DNA from: a virus
Lineage: Duplodnaviria > Heunggongvirae > Uroviricota > Caudoviricetes
Strand: one strand, 5' to 3'
IMG/VR virus record: IMGVR_UViG_3300028833_000081
Location: 71,731-135,730 of that record
DNA length: 64,000 bases
Of the stretch, positions 54,979 to 62,975 are shown one piece after another. Each line of letters opens with the position of its first letter. Position 1 is the stretch's first letter. Position numbers and translations under genes: made by a program. A model generated the notes under the pieces. That model did not search any database. It was not told the DNA's origin and saw only the letters and a program-made list of their open reading frames with translations.

Positions 54979-56010
54979 ATGCATACATACCGCATTACAA
55001 CATCAGATTCTCTGCTAGAAATAGGAGAATATCGAGACATCGGTCACGATGAACTTGTAGACTACGATAGAGTAAGATGCCTCAATGAAAGTGTAGCTAA
55101 AAACTGCGCTAATGCCATTTCAGACTTTTGTAAAAAACATAAGGGAATTCAATTCAAACCTGCAGATATCACAAAAGTTATTAGGGAAAATAGTGGCATA
55201 CAATGCACAAGCCTAATGCGTTTTCTCGGAACACTCGAACAGTCGTCCGAGCAAAAAGAACTTTTGGGCAAGTTCACCAAAAAATGTCCTAAGAACGTTA
55301 CCTCTGAAAAAGGAGATACAATGTCAGAAGCATACAAGATCCAAAAAGTCGATGAAAGCGACATCAAGATCGAGCATCTTGAAGATAACGAAGTCATTGG
55401 CGAATGGACTCTTACTATCCCTACGGCATCTGTGCGCAACAAGTGCTTCGATTTGCTGATGGATATCTATGTGAATCACGAAAATTCGCTTGATATCGTC
55501 TGTCTCGAAGCGCTCGAAACTGCGGTCAACAATGCAGATGTTCGAAAGGAATATGACGTAATGGTAAAAGAACTCATTGACCAAGGAGTTCTCCCCGCAT
55601 GCTTTGATATCAAGAAGAAAATCAAGGCTCGTAACAAACTCACAACAACAACCTTAAAGGAAGAATCCACCATGGATATCAAAGAAATAATTAAACTAAA
55701 GATGATGACCAAGATCCTCAACAAGAAGGGTGAAATTGATGTCAAGCAACTGATGATGATTCAGATGCTCTCCAACGACGAAGGCTTTGAAATTACCGAT
55801 GTCATCAAGACAAAGCTCATGGCAAGCCTCTTCGACGGTAAGGCCGATCTTGACAACATGACCACTGAACAGCTCATGGTCTATGGTATGCTTCAGAACG
55901 GTGAATTCGATATCCAGAAGCTCATCGAAATCAAGTTCATGAGCAAGATTCTCGACGAAGACGACGAAGAAGTTGAAGACGACAAGGACAAGGCAGCTGA
56001 ACGTAAGTAA
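54979..56010 (+). CDS. protein with internal about 30-aa Met/Lys/Leu-rich repeats and acidic tail (343 aa)
   Basis: C-terminal half has repeated KLKMMTKIL, QLMMIQML, TKLMASLF, EQLMVYGML, IKFMSKIL units, ending in a DEDDEEVEDDKDK tail. Confidence 0.5.
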   Translation: MHTYRITTSDSLLEIGEYRDIGHDELVDYDRVRCLNESVAKNCANAISDFCKKHKGIQFKPADITKVIRENSGIQCTSLMRFLGTLEQSSEQKELLGKFTKKCPKNVTSEKGDTMSEAYKIQKVDESDIKIEHLEDNEVIGEWTLTIPTASVRNKCFDLLMDIYVNHENSLDIVCLEALETAVNNADVRKEYDVMVKELIDQGVLPACFDIKKKIKARNKLTTTTLKEESTMDIKEIIKLKMMTKILNKKGEIDVKQLMMIQMLSNDEGFEITDVIKTKLMASLFDGKADLDNMTTEQLMVYGMLQNGEFDIQKLIEIKFMSKILDEDDEEVEDDKDKAAERK

Positions 56011-56035
56011 GCTGTAGTGATCCGTGTACATTGAG

Positions 56036-56066
56036 AGTGGCGCTAGCAGTGCCACTTTCTTTTTTG
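56036..56066 (+). terminator. rho-independent terminator
   Basis: Hairpin agtggc gctagca gtgccact, then a T-run. Confidence 0.6.
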
Positions 56067-56070
56067 TAAA

Positions 56071-56119
56071 TTTCTGTGTTCCGGCGGTATATTAAATAGA
56101 GAATCTTAACCATCAACAA
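56071..56119 (+). promoter_or_regulatory. promoter plus leader cassette, near copy of 46036-46084
   Basis: 32-nt exact repeat tatattaaatagagaatcttaaccatcaacaa at 56088-56119. Upstream box atttctgtgttcc is a variant of atttctatgatcc. Confidence 0.5.
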
Positions 56120-56129
56120 GGAGTAAGCC

Positions 56130-56231
56130 ATGAAAAAGATTCTTACCGCAATCGCTGTACAGTGGGCGATTCTTATAACTTTGGACACTGTAGAAAGAGC
56201 ATACCACATCTGGAGGAAGAAAAATGTCTAA
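56130..56231 (+). CDS. mini-protein (33 aa)
   Basis: RBS aaggagtaagccatg. Overlaps the next gene start. Confidence 0.3.
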   Translation: MKKILTAIAVQWAILITLDTVERAYHIWRKKNV

Positions 56232-56595
56232 TACCAGCAGCTCTACTCGCCAGCTTATCGACGAAAATGCAAATATCGTTAATGATCTCAGGGTAAAGAC
56301 TGAGAACAAGCGTTTCGTCAGGTTTGTCAAGGGTAAGTCCTATTCTATTAGGGTCGTCGAAAAAGTTTTCGTGAAAGATACTACGACAGTTCTGTTCCTG
56401 ATCAGAGAGACTACTGTAACGAAACATGGAGCTGCCTTCGGGCAGATTTATCGTAAGTGTCTTTTCGAAGATCTGAAGAATGATCTAAAACAGACTCTGT
56501 ATAAAGTCATCGGAAGAATCTGTAATAACGAAACATCATTCCAGAAGTATCTACGCCAAGCCAAGAAGAAATTTGAAGAGGCTGAGGTGGCCTAG
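56224..56595 (+). CDS. hypothetical protein (123 aa)
   Basis: RBS ggaggaagaaaaatg. Confidence 0.5.
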   Translation: MSNTSSSTRQLIDENANIVNDLRVKTENKRFVRFVKGKSYSIRVVEKVFVKDTTTVLFLIRETTVTKHGAAFGQIYRKCLFEDLKNDLKQTLYKVIGRICNNETSFQKYLRQAKKKFEEAEVA

Positions 56596-56599
56596 AGAC

Positions 56600-56626
56600 A
56601 AGCGGTTAATAGCCGCTTTCTTTTTT
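56600..56626 (+). terminator. rho-independent terminator
   Basis: Hairpin aagcgg ttaatag ccgctt, then a T-run. Followed by promoter box tgtatataatttaat. Confidence 0.55.
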
Positions 56627-56669
56627 GTATATAATTTAATAGACTAACTTAACCAAACTCAGGAGACTT

Positions 56670-57176
56670 ATGAAAAACAAAAAAGTCATAACGGAAGATA
56701 TGGGCGTTGACGAAGAGCTCATTAAATACGGAAAGCAGGTTCTTGCAGATGCACTGAAACGCGAAGAGCATCATGTGATGACACAAGAACCGTCTGACGA
56801 AGATGCTTCGAAGTACGTAGAACAGAGTAGGTACGTCTTTAGTAGGGCGTACGAAATGTTCTGCAATTTCATCGATAATACAATCATCGATGTTACTAAG
56901 ACTACAGAAGCCGAATTTGACAAGGCTGTATACAAGTTTGCCATGGTGCTAGTCCCGGCACTTGAAAAAGAATTCCCGGAGGTGTTCAATGCGTTTATTG
57001 CGCCATTGATGCCTGAAGACAAGAAAGAGGCTATCGTTGTGAGAAACTCCATTCTTAGCTACTGCGGAAATCTCTTAGTTCAACCATTAGTATTGGCTAT
57101 CGCAACCAGATTCCTTGAACATCGAGACATCGAGTTTAAGACTTCCGGTAAAGCTAATAAGGTTGTAATGAATTAG
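56670..57176 (+). CDS. hypothetical protein (168 aa)
   Basis: RBS aggagacttatg. Confidence 0.5.
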   Translation: MKNKKVITEDMGVDEELIKYGKQVLADALKREEHHVMTQEPSDEDASKYVEQSRYVFSRAYEMFCNFIDNTIIDVTKTTEAEFDKAVYKFAMVLVPALEKEFPEVFNAFIAPLMPEDKKEAIVVRNSILSYCGNLLVQPLVLAIATRFLEHRDIEFKTSGKANKVVMN

Positions 57177-57197
57177 ACAAACCATGAGGTAAATTGT

Positions 57198-57341
57198 ATG
57201 AGAAGATTCGTGCTTAACATGATCTACTTCTTAATATTCTTGGTAATAATCACAGCTCTACTGAAGTTCTTAGCCATTGGCTTTTGGACTTTCGTAGGTA
57301 TAGCTTTGCTGTTCTTCATTTTCAAAGGACTCATAAAATGA
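57198..57341 (+). CDS. membrane mini-protein (47 aa)
   Basis: Two hydrophobic helices. RBS gaggtaaattgtatg. Confidence 0.35.
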   Translation: MRRFVLNMIYFLIFLVIITALLKFLAIGFWTFVGIALLFFIFKGLIK

Positions 57342-58090
57342 TCATCAAAGACGGAATATTTGTTCTGATTATGACGCTTGCGTCTATAATAGGATTACGC
57401 TTTCTACCAGTAACACCAGCTGTTAGCTTACTTGTAATCTTCACTGTCCTAGAGATTCTGATATCTATCTACTACAGGAAATCAAGATGCTTTAAGAATT
57501 CCTTCGGAGGAAACAGAAGGGAAATTGGAACACTTGGATCTTTCTTCTTGTCATTCTGGATGTTCCTATTTGTTATTCCAACAATCCCATTTGATAAGTA
57601 TGATGGCAAAATGCTATATATTGGTACACTCGTAGCTATACAGCTACTAATCACTATTGGAATAGTGCTATCGCTTATCGTTGGATATGCTGAAGGCGTC
57701 TTCGAAGAAGAAGCAAAAGCTAAAAAGGCAGAAAAATTATTGTCTGGAAAAGTCGTAGAGACCTATGTGAATGCTCAATTTAAGGATGGGATCATCTATC
57801 TTGCGAAGAGCATGAAAATAGGCGGAGATCCGTTGAGCACGTATCATCAGGATTTCCCTTCAGACAATGTATCCGCAATAGTCAAGACGACGAAAGATTC
57901 TGTAAGTTGGCGTACAGATGTCTATCGGGAAGCGAAGAAACTTTGCCCGATTGTGAACAACGACCTGCTGTATGTGAGGTTTGCAAATCAAACATACACA
58001 GAAGCCTCAACAGGCAGATTGATAATAACTGGAAGGCCTGATTATGTGAATAAGGTTCTTCTAAGCCTTAATCTCTCAACCTTAACCTAA
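57338..58090 (+). CDS. polytopic membrane protein (about 250 aa)
   Basis: Start moved to MIIKDGIF (ATGA overlap with the mini-protein). N-terminal half has 4 hydrophobic helices. C-terminal soluble domain. Confidence 0.5.
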   Translation: MIIKDGIFVLIMTLASIIGLRFLPVTPAVSLLVIFTVLEILISIYYRKSRCFKNSFGGNRREIGTLGSFFLSFWMFLFVIPTIPFDKYDGKMLYIGTLVAIQLLITIGIVLSLIVGYAEGVFEEEAKAKKAEKLLSGKVVETYVNAQFKDGIIYLAKSMKIGGDPLSTYHQDFPSDNVSAIVKTTKDSVSWRTDVYREAKKLCPIVNNDLLYVRFANQTYTEASTGRLIITGRPDYVNKVLLSLNLSTLT

Positions 58091-58113
58091 CAAACTCAAA
58101 GGAAAAACAAACA

Positions 58114-58779
58114 ATGAACATCTTCAAATTCTTCAAAATCAAGACAAAGACTGTTGGCGAAAAACTCGACAACCTCGTAACATTCGATGAAAAACTCCGC
58201 AACGCAAAGGAAGAGCTGCAGAAGTCTAAGGCAGCCGTTGTGGAAGATGCTGTGAACATTCATGAATCCGAAAAGATCGCAAAGAAGGCTCTTGAGCTGA
58301 ATAATACGCAGATCGAAATCGTCAAGGGCAAGCTTGCCAAGGCTATCAAGAGCGGCGAAGATAACAAGGCAGAAGCCCTGTTCTCCAATCTTGAATCCTT
58401 GCAGACTGCCAACAAGATTCACGAAAAGTCTTACAATGACATTCAGAAGAGCCGTGAAAAGATCGATAAGAAGGTCGTAAGTATCGATAACAAGATCTTC
58501 AAGGTCTCTGCTAAGCTCGATGGTCTGAAGCAGGTTCGTGCAGCACAGGAAATGGTTGCAAAGCTTGCTGGTGTTTCCACTAACAACGCTGTCGGAAATG
58601 TTCTCAAGGACATCGAAGACTTCGTTGAACATGAAGAATGGAAACTCGAATCTAAGCAGGAAGTTCAGGATCTTCTCGACAAGAATGCCTCTACAGAAGA
58701 CACTGAAGAAGAAGTTGAATCCAGCGCCCATGAACGCTTTGAAGCTTACAAGGCTAGCATTCTGAGCGAATCCAAGTAA
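58114..58779 (+). CDS. PspA/IM30 (Vipp1/LiaH) family-like protein
   Basis: N-terminus MNIFKFFK matches the characteristic M.IF.RF start of PspA. About 220-aa all-helical coiled-coil profile. Acidic C-terminus. Size typical of PspA. Confidence 0.55.
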   Translation: MNIFKFFKIKTKTVGEKLDNLVTFDEKLRNAKEELQKSKAAVVEDAVNIHESEKIAKKALELNNTQIEIVKGKLAKAIKSGEDNKAEALFSNLESLQTANKIHEKSYNDIQKSREKIDKKVVSIDNKIFKVSAKLDGLKQVRAAQEMVAKLAGVSTNNAVGNVLKDIEDFVEHEEWKLESKQEVQDLLDKNASTEDTEEEVESSAHERFEAYKASILSESK

Positions 58780-58792
58780 TCCCTAAACATAC

Positions 58793-58828
58793 GGGGTGGG
58801 TCGAATGACTCACCCCATTTTTATTTTC
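58793..58828 (+). terminator. rho-independent terminator
   Basis: 10-bp stem ggggtgggtc gaat gactcacccc, then a T-run. Confidence 0.6.
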
Positions 58829-58830
58829 CT

Positions 58831-59292
58831 ATGAATGAAAAGAGCAACTTCGAAAGAAATATTGTCATCGGAATCTTTATGCTTGTTCTTACTATCGTCG
58901 GAGTCATCTATTTGAATCTGTCGCAGAACTATAAGAACTCTCATGAAGAAGAGATGAAAAGACTAGAAATAGAGGCTATGAAGAAGCCAACAAAGGAAGC
59001 TATCAAGGCTGCTATCTTGGATTCAATCAAGATCAACCAAAGATACTTCATACAGACGGACAGCTTCACTCCACCGCCTCCTCCGCCACCATCAAAGAAT
59101 GAAAAACCTAAAAAGCTTGTCTTGGAGTATGAGCAGAATCTCAAAGACGGAACAAGGAATCTAATCAGGTTTACAGCCGATAATCCTACTCCGGAAGAAA
59201 GAGTAGCTCTATACACGATGTTCGATACAGAAGTATCGAAAGTCATAAACATCAAAGGACAAGACTTTAGCGTTAATCTGATGAGGGAATAA
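58831..59292 (+). CDS. membrane-anchored protein with Pro-rich linker (153 aa)
   Basis: N-terminal TM IVIGIFMLVLTIVGVIYL. Linker TPPPPPPPSK. Confidence 0.5.
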   Translation: MNEKSNFERNIVIGIFMLVLTIVGVIYLNLSQNYKNSHEEEMKRLEIEAMKKPTKEAIKAAILDSIKINQRYFIQTDSFTPPPPPPPSKNEKPKKLVLEYEQNLKDGTRNLIRFTADNPTPEERVALYTMFDTEVSKVINIKGQDFSVNLMRE

Positions 59293-59849
59293 TGAAACTA
59301 ATGCCTTCTTTTTGCATGGAAGAAAAACATGGTCTAACACTTGGATTCTGTCTTCTTATATTGTTCATCATTGTGCCATGTATCGCTGCTAGCTGTGCCT
59401 GTGAATCATGCCAAGATGAATACCATAAGAAGAAATCTGTAGAAGATAATTCCAGTGGTGTGACTGCTAGCAAGGTCAGCAAGATGACTAGATATGTGCA
59501 TATTGGAGACATTGCAGTAATGTGCATCAATGGAAGAAGTGATGTCAATGTGTTAAATATTAAGACAGGAGATTACGTGCTAATCTCAGATACTAAGATA
59601 GACGTCTATCGCACTATTGGCACTGCGGTGAAGAAGCTATTTCCGGAAAGAAACATGGAAGACTACTACATCAAGGACGAATGTCTATCAAGCCTCAGAA
59701 AATCATGCCATCCTGTGAGTAATTGTATTAACGGAAATTTGTCTAGAGCAGATTGTCAAACAACCTGTAACCTGTACGATATCCCAGTACCATCTGACCG
59801 AGGAAACAAGGATGAACTAGTAGGAATGTACGGTATAACCATAAGGTAG
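59292..59849 (+). CDS. secreted Cys-rich protein (185 aa)
   Basis: Signal-peptide-like N-terminus (LGFCLLILFIIVPCIAASCA). About 12 Cys in the mature part. Confidence 0.5.
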   Translation: MKLMPSFCMEEKHGLTLGFCLLILFIIVPCIAASCACESCQDEYHKKKSVEDNSSGVTASKVSKMTRYVHIGDIAVMCINGRSDVNVLNIKTGDYVLISDTKIDVYRTIGTAVKKLFPERNMEDYYIKDECLSSLRKSCHPVSNCINGNLSRADCQTTCNLYDIPVPSDRGNKDELVGMYGITIR

Positions 59850-59853
59850 AAAT

Positions 59854-60348
59854 ATGCCACAAATATTTGCTGGTTTCTTTATATTATTCTTGTTATCCGT
59901 AACTATCGCCTTTGGTGTGCCAAGCGGCGAAGAGTTTCGTGAAAAACACGCTCATGGAGAATTTCTAATGAGCGATAGCTTTACGAGCATTGGAAAAGCT
60001 GAACTGCGATATAACGATGACAATGAGCCTACTATGAAATTCTATTCAAATGATTTTTCATACAAGTTCTCTGTCACCGATGGGAGTGCCAAGAGCACCA
60101 TTGAACTGATGGACAAGTTGGTATTCCAGTTGTATCACAAGAATCAGCCTTACTATCTTTCATATGAGTGCACGAGATTTCTAAGATCCGTTGAAGGAAA
60201 GAAGTCGTACTGTAAAACAGACAACTCTTTACCGATGTGCAGAGCCGAGTGTGAGATCTATCAAGGCGATGGAATTCCTGACAAAGCTAAGTATATCGTG
60301 GAAAAACGAATAGCAAAGGATATAACGAATGAAAATCAAGTACTTTGA
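59854..60348 (+). CDS. secreted protein (164 aa)
   Basis: Signal-peptide-like N-terminus (MPQIFAGFFILFLLSVTIAFG). Confidence 0.5.
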   Translation: MPQIFAGFFILFLLSVTIAFGVPSGEEFREKHAHGEFLMSDSFTSIGKAELRYNDDNEPTMKFYSNDFSYKFSVTDGSAKSTIELMDKLVFQLYHKNQPYYLSYECTRFLRSVEGKKSYCKTDNSLPMCRAECEIYQGDGIPDKAKYIVEKRIAKDITNENQVL

Positions 60349-60607
60349 TACAGAAATCGAATGTACAGTCGATGAATTTGAGGATATGATCGCTAGAGGG
60401 ATTTTCAAGTCCAAAGTGAAACCCGAAGAATTCATCCATGACCTAATCCGCAAGGATCCGCCGCAAGCACCGTCATGGCCTGAAACCGTGGCGTTGTATG
60501 GCTGTCAAGTACCTGCTGATCAGATCAAGTTTGAACAACCTTTATTTTATAAAGGTACTACAGCCTTACATGCAGATGAAACAGATGACAATAAAAACAA
60601 ATCATGA
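60329..60607 (+). CDS. hypothetical protein (92 aa)
   Basis: Overlapping start. Confidence 0.45.
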   Translation: MKIKYFDTEIECTVDEFEDMIARGIFKSKVKPEEFIHDLIRKDPPQAPSWPETVALYGCQVPADQIKFEQPLFYKGTTALHADETDDNKNKS

Positions 60608-60641
60608 CGTCTGAAAAGTAAAGTCTCATCTACCAAACAAG

Positions 60642-60672
60642 GAACCGTTGCGAATGCAGCGGTTTCTTTTTT
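60642..60672 (+). terminator. rho-independent terminator
   Basis: Hairpin aaccgttgcgaatgcagcggtt, then a T-run. Confidence 0.5.
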
Positions 60673-60725
60673 ATATTAAGAAACGATCATGTAATTAAAC
60701 GTGATAATCTTCTTATGAGAACAGC

Positions 60726-61067
60726 ATGAAACCTTTAAAGTTCATTAGACTACAAAGAGTACTCATAAATAACTTTGACAAGTTCATTCCTGTCATCGAA
60801 ATACAAGAAGGTGGATGCGCTTGGGACTTTCCTCCTCCGTACTTTTTAGCATACCCTAAACACATGGAATTATACTGCGGTGTAGGAATGAAACCTGCTC
60901 TGAAGTGTATTTCGGCAGAACAAACATGTGTTCAGGGCTACATTGAGTATTGGAGAACAGAATATCTCGATAAGATTCCCTTTATGAATAGTATCGACGA
61001 ATTCGTTAGGCGTTTCCCAGATTCATACCGCAAGTATGTTGAATTTCCCGGAGAAAAAGATGGCTGA
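60726..61067 (+). CDS. hypothetical protein (113 aa)
   Basis: ORF after a promoter-like AT-rich box. Confidence 0.5.
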   Translation: MKPLKFIRLQRVLINNFDKFIPVIEIQEGGCAWDFPPPYFLAYPKHMELYCGVGMKPALKCISAEQTCVQGYIEYWRTEYLDKIPFMNSIDEFVRRFPDSYRKYVEFPGEKDG

Positions 61068-61446
61068 TAGTGGAATGACAGAAGACAAAAAAGAGGAGCC
61101 TTTCAAAGCTCCTCATCTCGATACAGACATTGAAGAAATCGAGGAAGTCTGTAAATATAAGGACTTCCGTGGCAGCGAACAGGAATGCAAGATTATCTTT
61201 AAGCCTAACGATTGCGAAATGGCATCAAGAAATCTGGCAACACTAGTGCAGCCTATTACCGGTATCTATATATCTGATAAGGAAAAAGTCAGAAGTATGA
61301 TCAACAGAATGCTTGGCGAAGAACACAAATGTTGCTTTGGAATAAGCGTAGAGCCAAGATGTGATTTAAGATTTACTGACTGTGAAGCTGTAATTGGAAA
61401 AATGATTACCGAATTCTTGGAGGCATTGCATGAAAGTAAGAGTTAA
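61060..61446 (+). CDS. hypothetical protein (about 128 aa)
   Basis: Start moved to MADSGMT, with ggagaaaaagatg upstream. Confidence 0.5.
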   Translation: MADSGMTEDKKEEPFKAPHLDTDIEEIEEVCKYKDFRGSEQECKIIFKPNDCEMASRNLATLVQPITGIYISDKEKVRSMINRMLGEEHKCCFGISVEPRCDLRFTDCEAVIGKMITEFLEALHESKS

Positions 61447-61681
61447 AAAAAGTACGGATACAATAGTATCAAAACTTGAAGGTGTCGGAATAGACGATAA
61501 TTCTGTATGTATCTTCATCAGATGGTATAATGAAAATTTTATTCCAGTAAGTGACGTAGACAAATTAGAGTATTTGTGCAACGGAAAATGGAAAGAAATA
61601 GAACTCTGGGAGAATGAAGACACTCCACGTAAACCAGAAGAAATCTATAATGAACTCGAAAAACTCTTCCTAAAAGGATAA
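61430..61681 (+). CDS. hypothetical protein (83 aa)
   Basis: Overlapping start. Confidence 0.45.
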   Translation: MKVRVKKSTDTIVSKLEGVGIDDNSVCIFIRWYNENFIPVSDVDKLEYLCNGKWKEIELWENEDTPRKPEEIYNELEKLFLKG

Positions 61682-61685
61682 AACA

Positions 61686-62252
61686 ATGGTCAAAACAGCC
61701 GAACATAATAGAATGACATTTGAGGTCGTTCAATATACTGGAAAGAACTATGATGAATGTACTGCATTCATCGACAGTAATGGTATGTGGCCTCATATAG
61801 ACGAGGATGCATCTTTTAGAATTCCTCCTAATAAAGCCATCGCAACCATGCGAACCAATGTCTTCCCCGGTGATTTTATCATCAAGGATGTATCTGGCTT
61901 GTTCATGAAGGATTGCTTCTATGCTACCTCTAAAGGAGCGTTTGAACTGTTCTTCAGACTGAAAGAATCAGAAAATGAAGTCCATGACTTTGGTTGGGCT
62001 CTTCGTCAGCTCAAGGCTGGAGAAAAGGTTCAGCGCAAAGGTTGGAATAGTAAGGGTATGTTCATTACCCTTCAGCCTGGATCCACAGTGAAGGGTGAAC
62101 TCATGCGTAACGAACCTGCAAAGGAATTCTATAGCGGCAAACATTGTGTTATCATGTCTCATATAGATATGAAAGCGGCTGACGATTCCTACACAGTTGG
62201 TTGGAATGCAAGCCAAATTGACATGCTAGCAGAAGACTGGCAGTTAGCTTAA
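61686..62252 (+). CDS. hypothetical protein (188 aa)
   Basis: RBS aaggataaaacaatg. Confidence 0.5.
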   Translation: MVKTAEHNRMTFEVVQYTGKNYDECTAFIDSNGMWPHIDEDASFRIPPNKAIATMRTNVFPGDFIIKDVSGLFMKDCFYATSKGAFELFFRLKESENEVHDFGWALRQLKAGEKVQRKGWNSKGMFITLQPGSTVKGELMRNEPAKEFYSGKHCVIMSHIDMKAADDSYTVGWNASQIDMLAEDWQLA

Positions 62253-62268
62253 CCATAATAAGGAAACT

Positions 62269-62433
62269 ATGAAGGACGATCTTTATAAGGACATGCTTCC
62301 GAAATTAGATGGACTGGGAGATAATCGTATCTCCCAGAATTCTTTTCCCGGAAGTACGTTCCTGAACCTACATTTCGACTATCATTCAAAGCTAAAGGAG
62401 CTCAATGGAAACGGTAACACCAGAGAACATTGA
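62269..62433 (+). CDS. small protein (54 aa)
   Basis: RBS aaggaaactatg. Overlaps the next gene start. Confidence 0.3.
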   Translation: MKDDLYKDMLPKLDGLGDNRISQNSFPGSTFLNLHFDYHSKLKELNGNGNTREH

Positions 62434-62944
62434 CGACTTTGTTGATAAGGCTATCAATGCTTGTTACGATAGGGCGAATCGAGCATTAGTCGATATAGCC
62501 AACAGACCAAGAGAAGTTCCGAAACCAGAACCAAAACCGGAACCTAAACCAAAGCCTAAGCCAAAGCCTAAAGAATCTGAGGAGGATCCAGAAAGAATTC
62601 ACGATAAGGATTTTAGAATCCTAGCGAAGAAGTATGGATTCGATATTAGAACCGAAGGCCCAGATGATGATGATGCACTGTACGCATATGATGCAATACA
62701 TCCTACGGCTAATGACTGGTTCCTGAATGTAGCTATGCTTAAATCCAGTGGTGTAGCAATCGTTGGACGCAAGTATACTACAGAATCACGTAACAAAGGA
62801 ATGGTCTTCAATATAATCGGTACGACAGAATGTACTACTGTCAAAGAACTGGAAGAAGCCATCTGCACCATTGCCAAAAGTAGAGACGAATTCTTCAAAC
62901 CTAAATCTACTAAGCGTAGTCAGAACAGATCTCGTACTTGGTAA
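62405..62944 (+). CDS. protein with (PKPE)n linker (179 aa)
   Basis: PKPEPKPEPKPKPKPKPK repeat separates two domains. RBS aaggagctcaatg. Confidence 0.5.
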   Translation: METVTPENIDDFVDKAINACYDRANRALVDIANRPREVPKPEPKPEPKPKPKPKPKESEEDPERIHDKDFRILAKKYGFDIRTEGPDDDDALYAYDAIHPTANDWFLNVAMLKSSGVAIVGRKYTTESRNKGMVFNIIGTTECTTVKELEEAICTIAKSRDEFFKPKSTKRSQNRSRTW

Positions 62945-62975
62945 CTAACAAACACACACAACAAGGAAAAAACAC

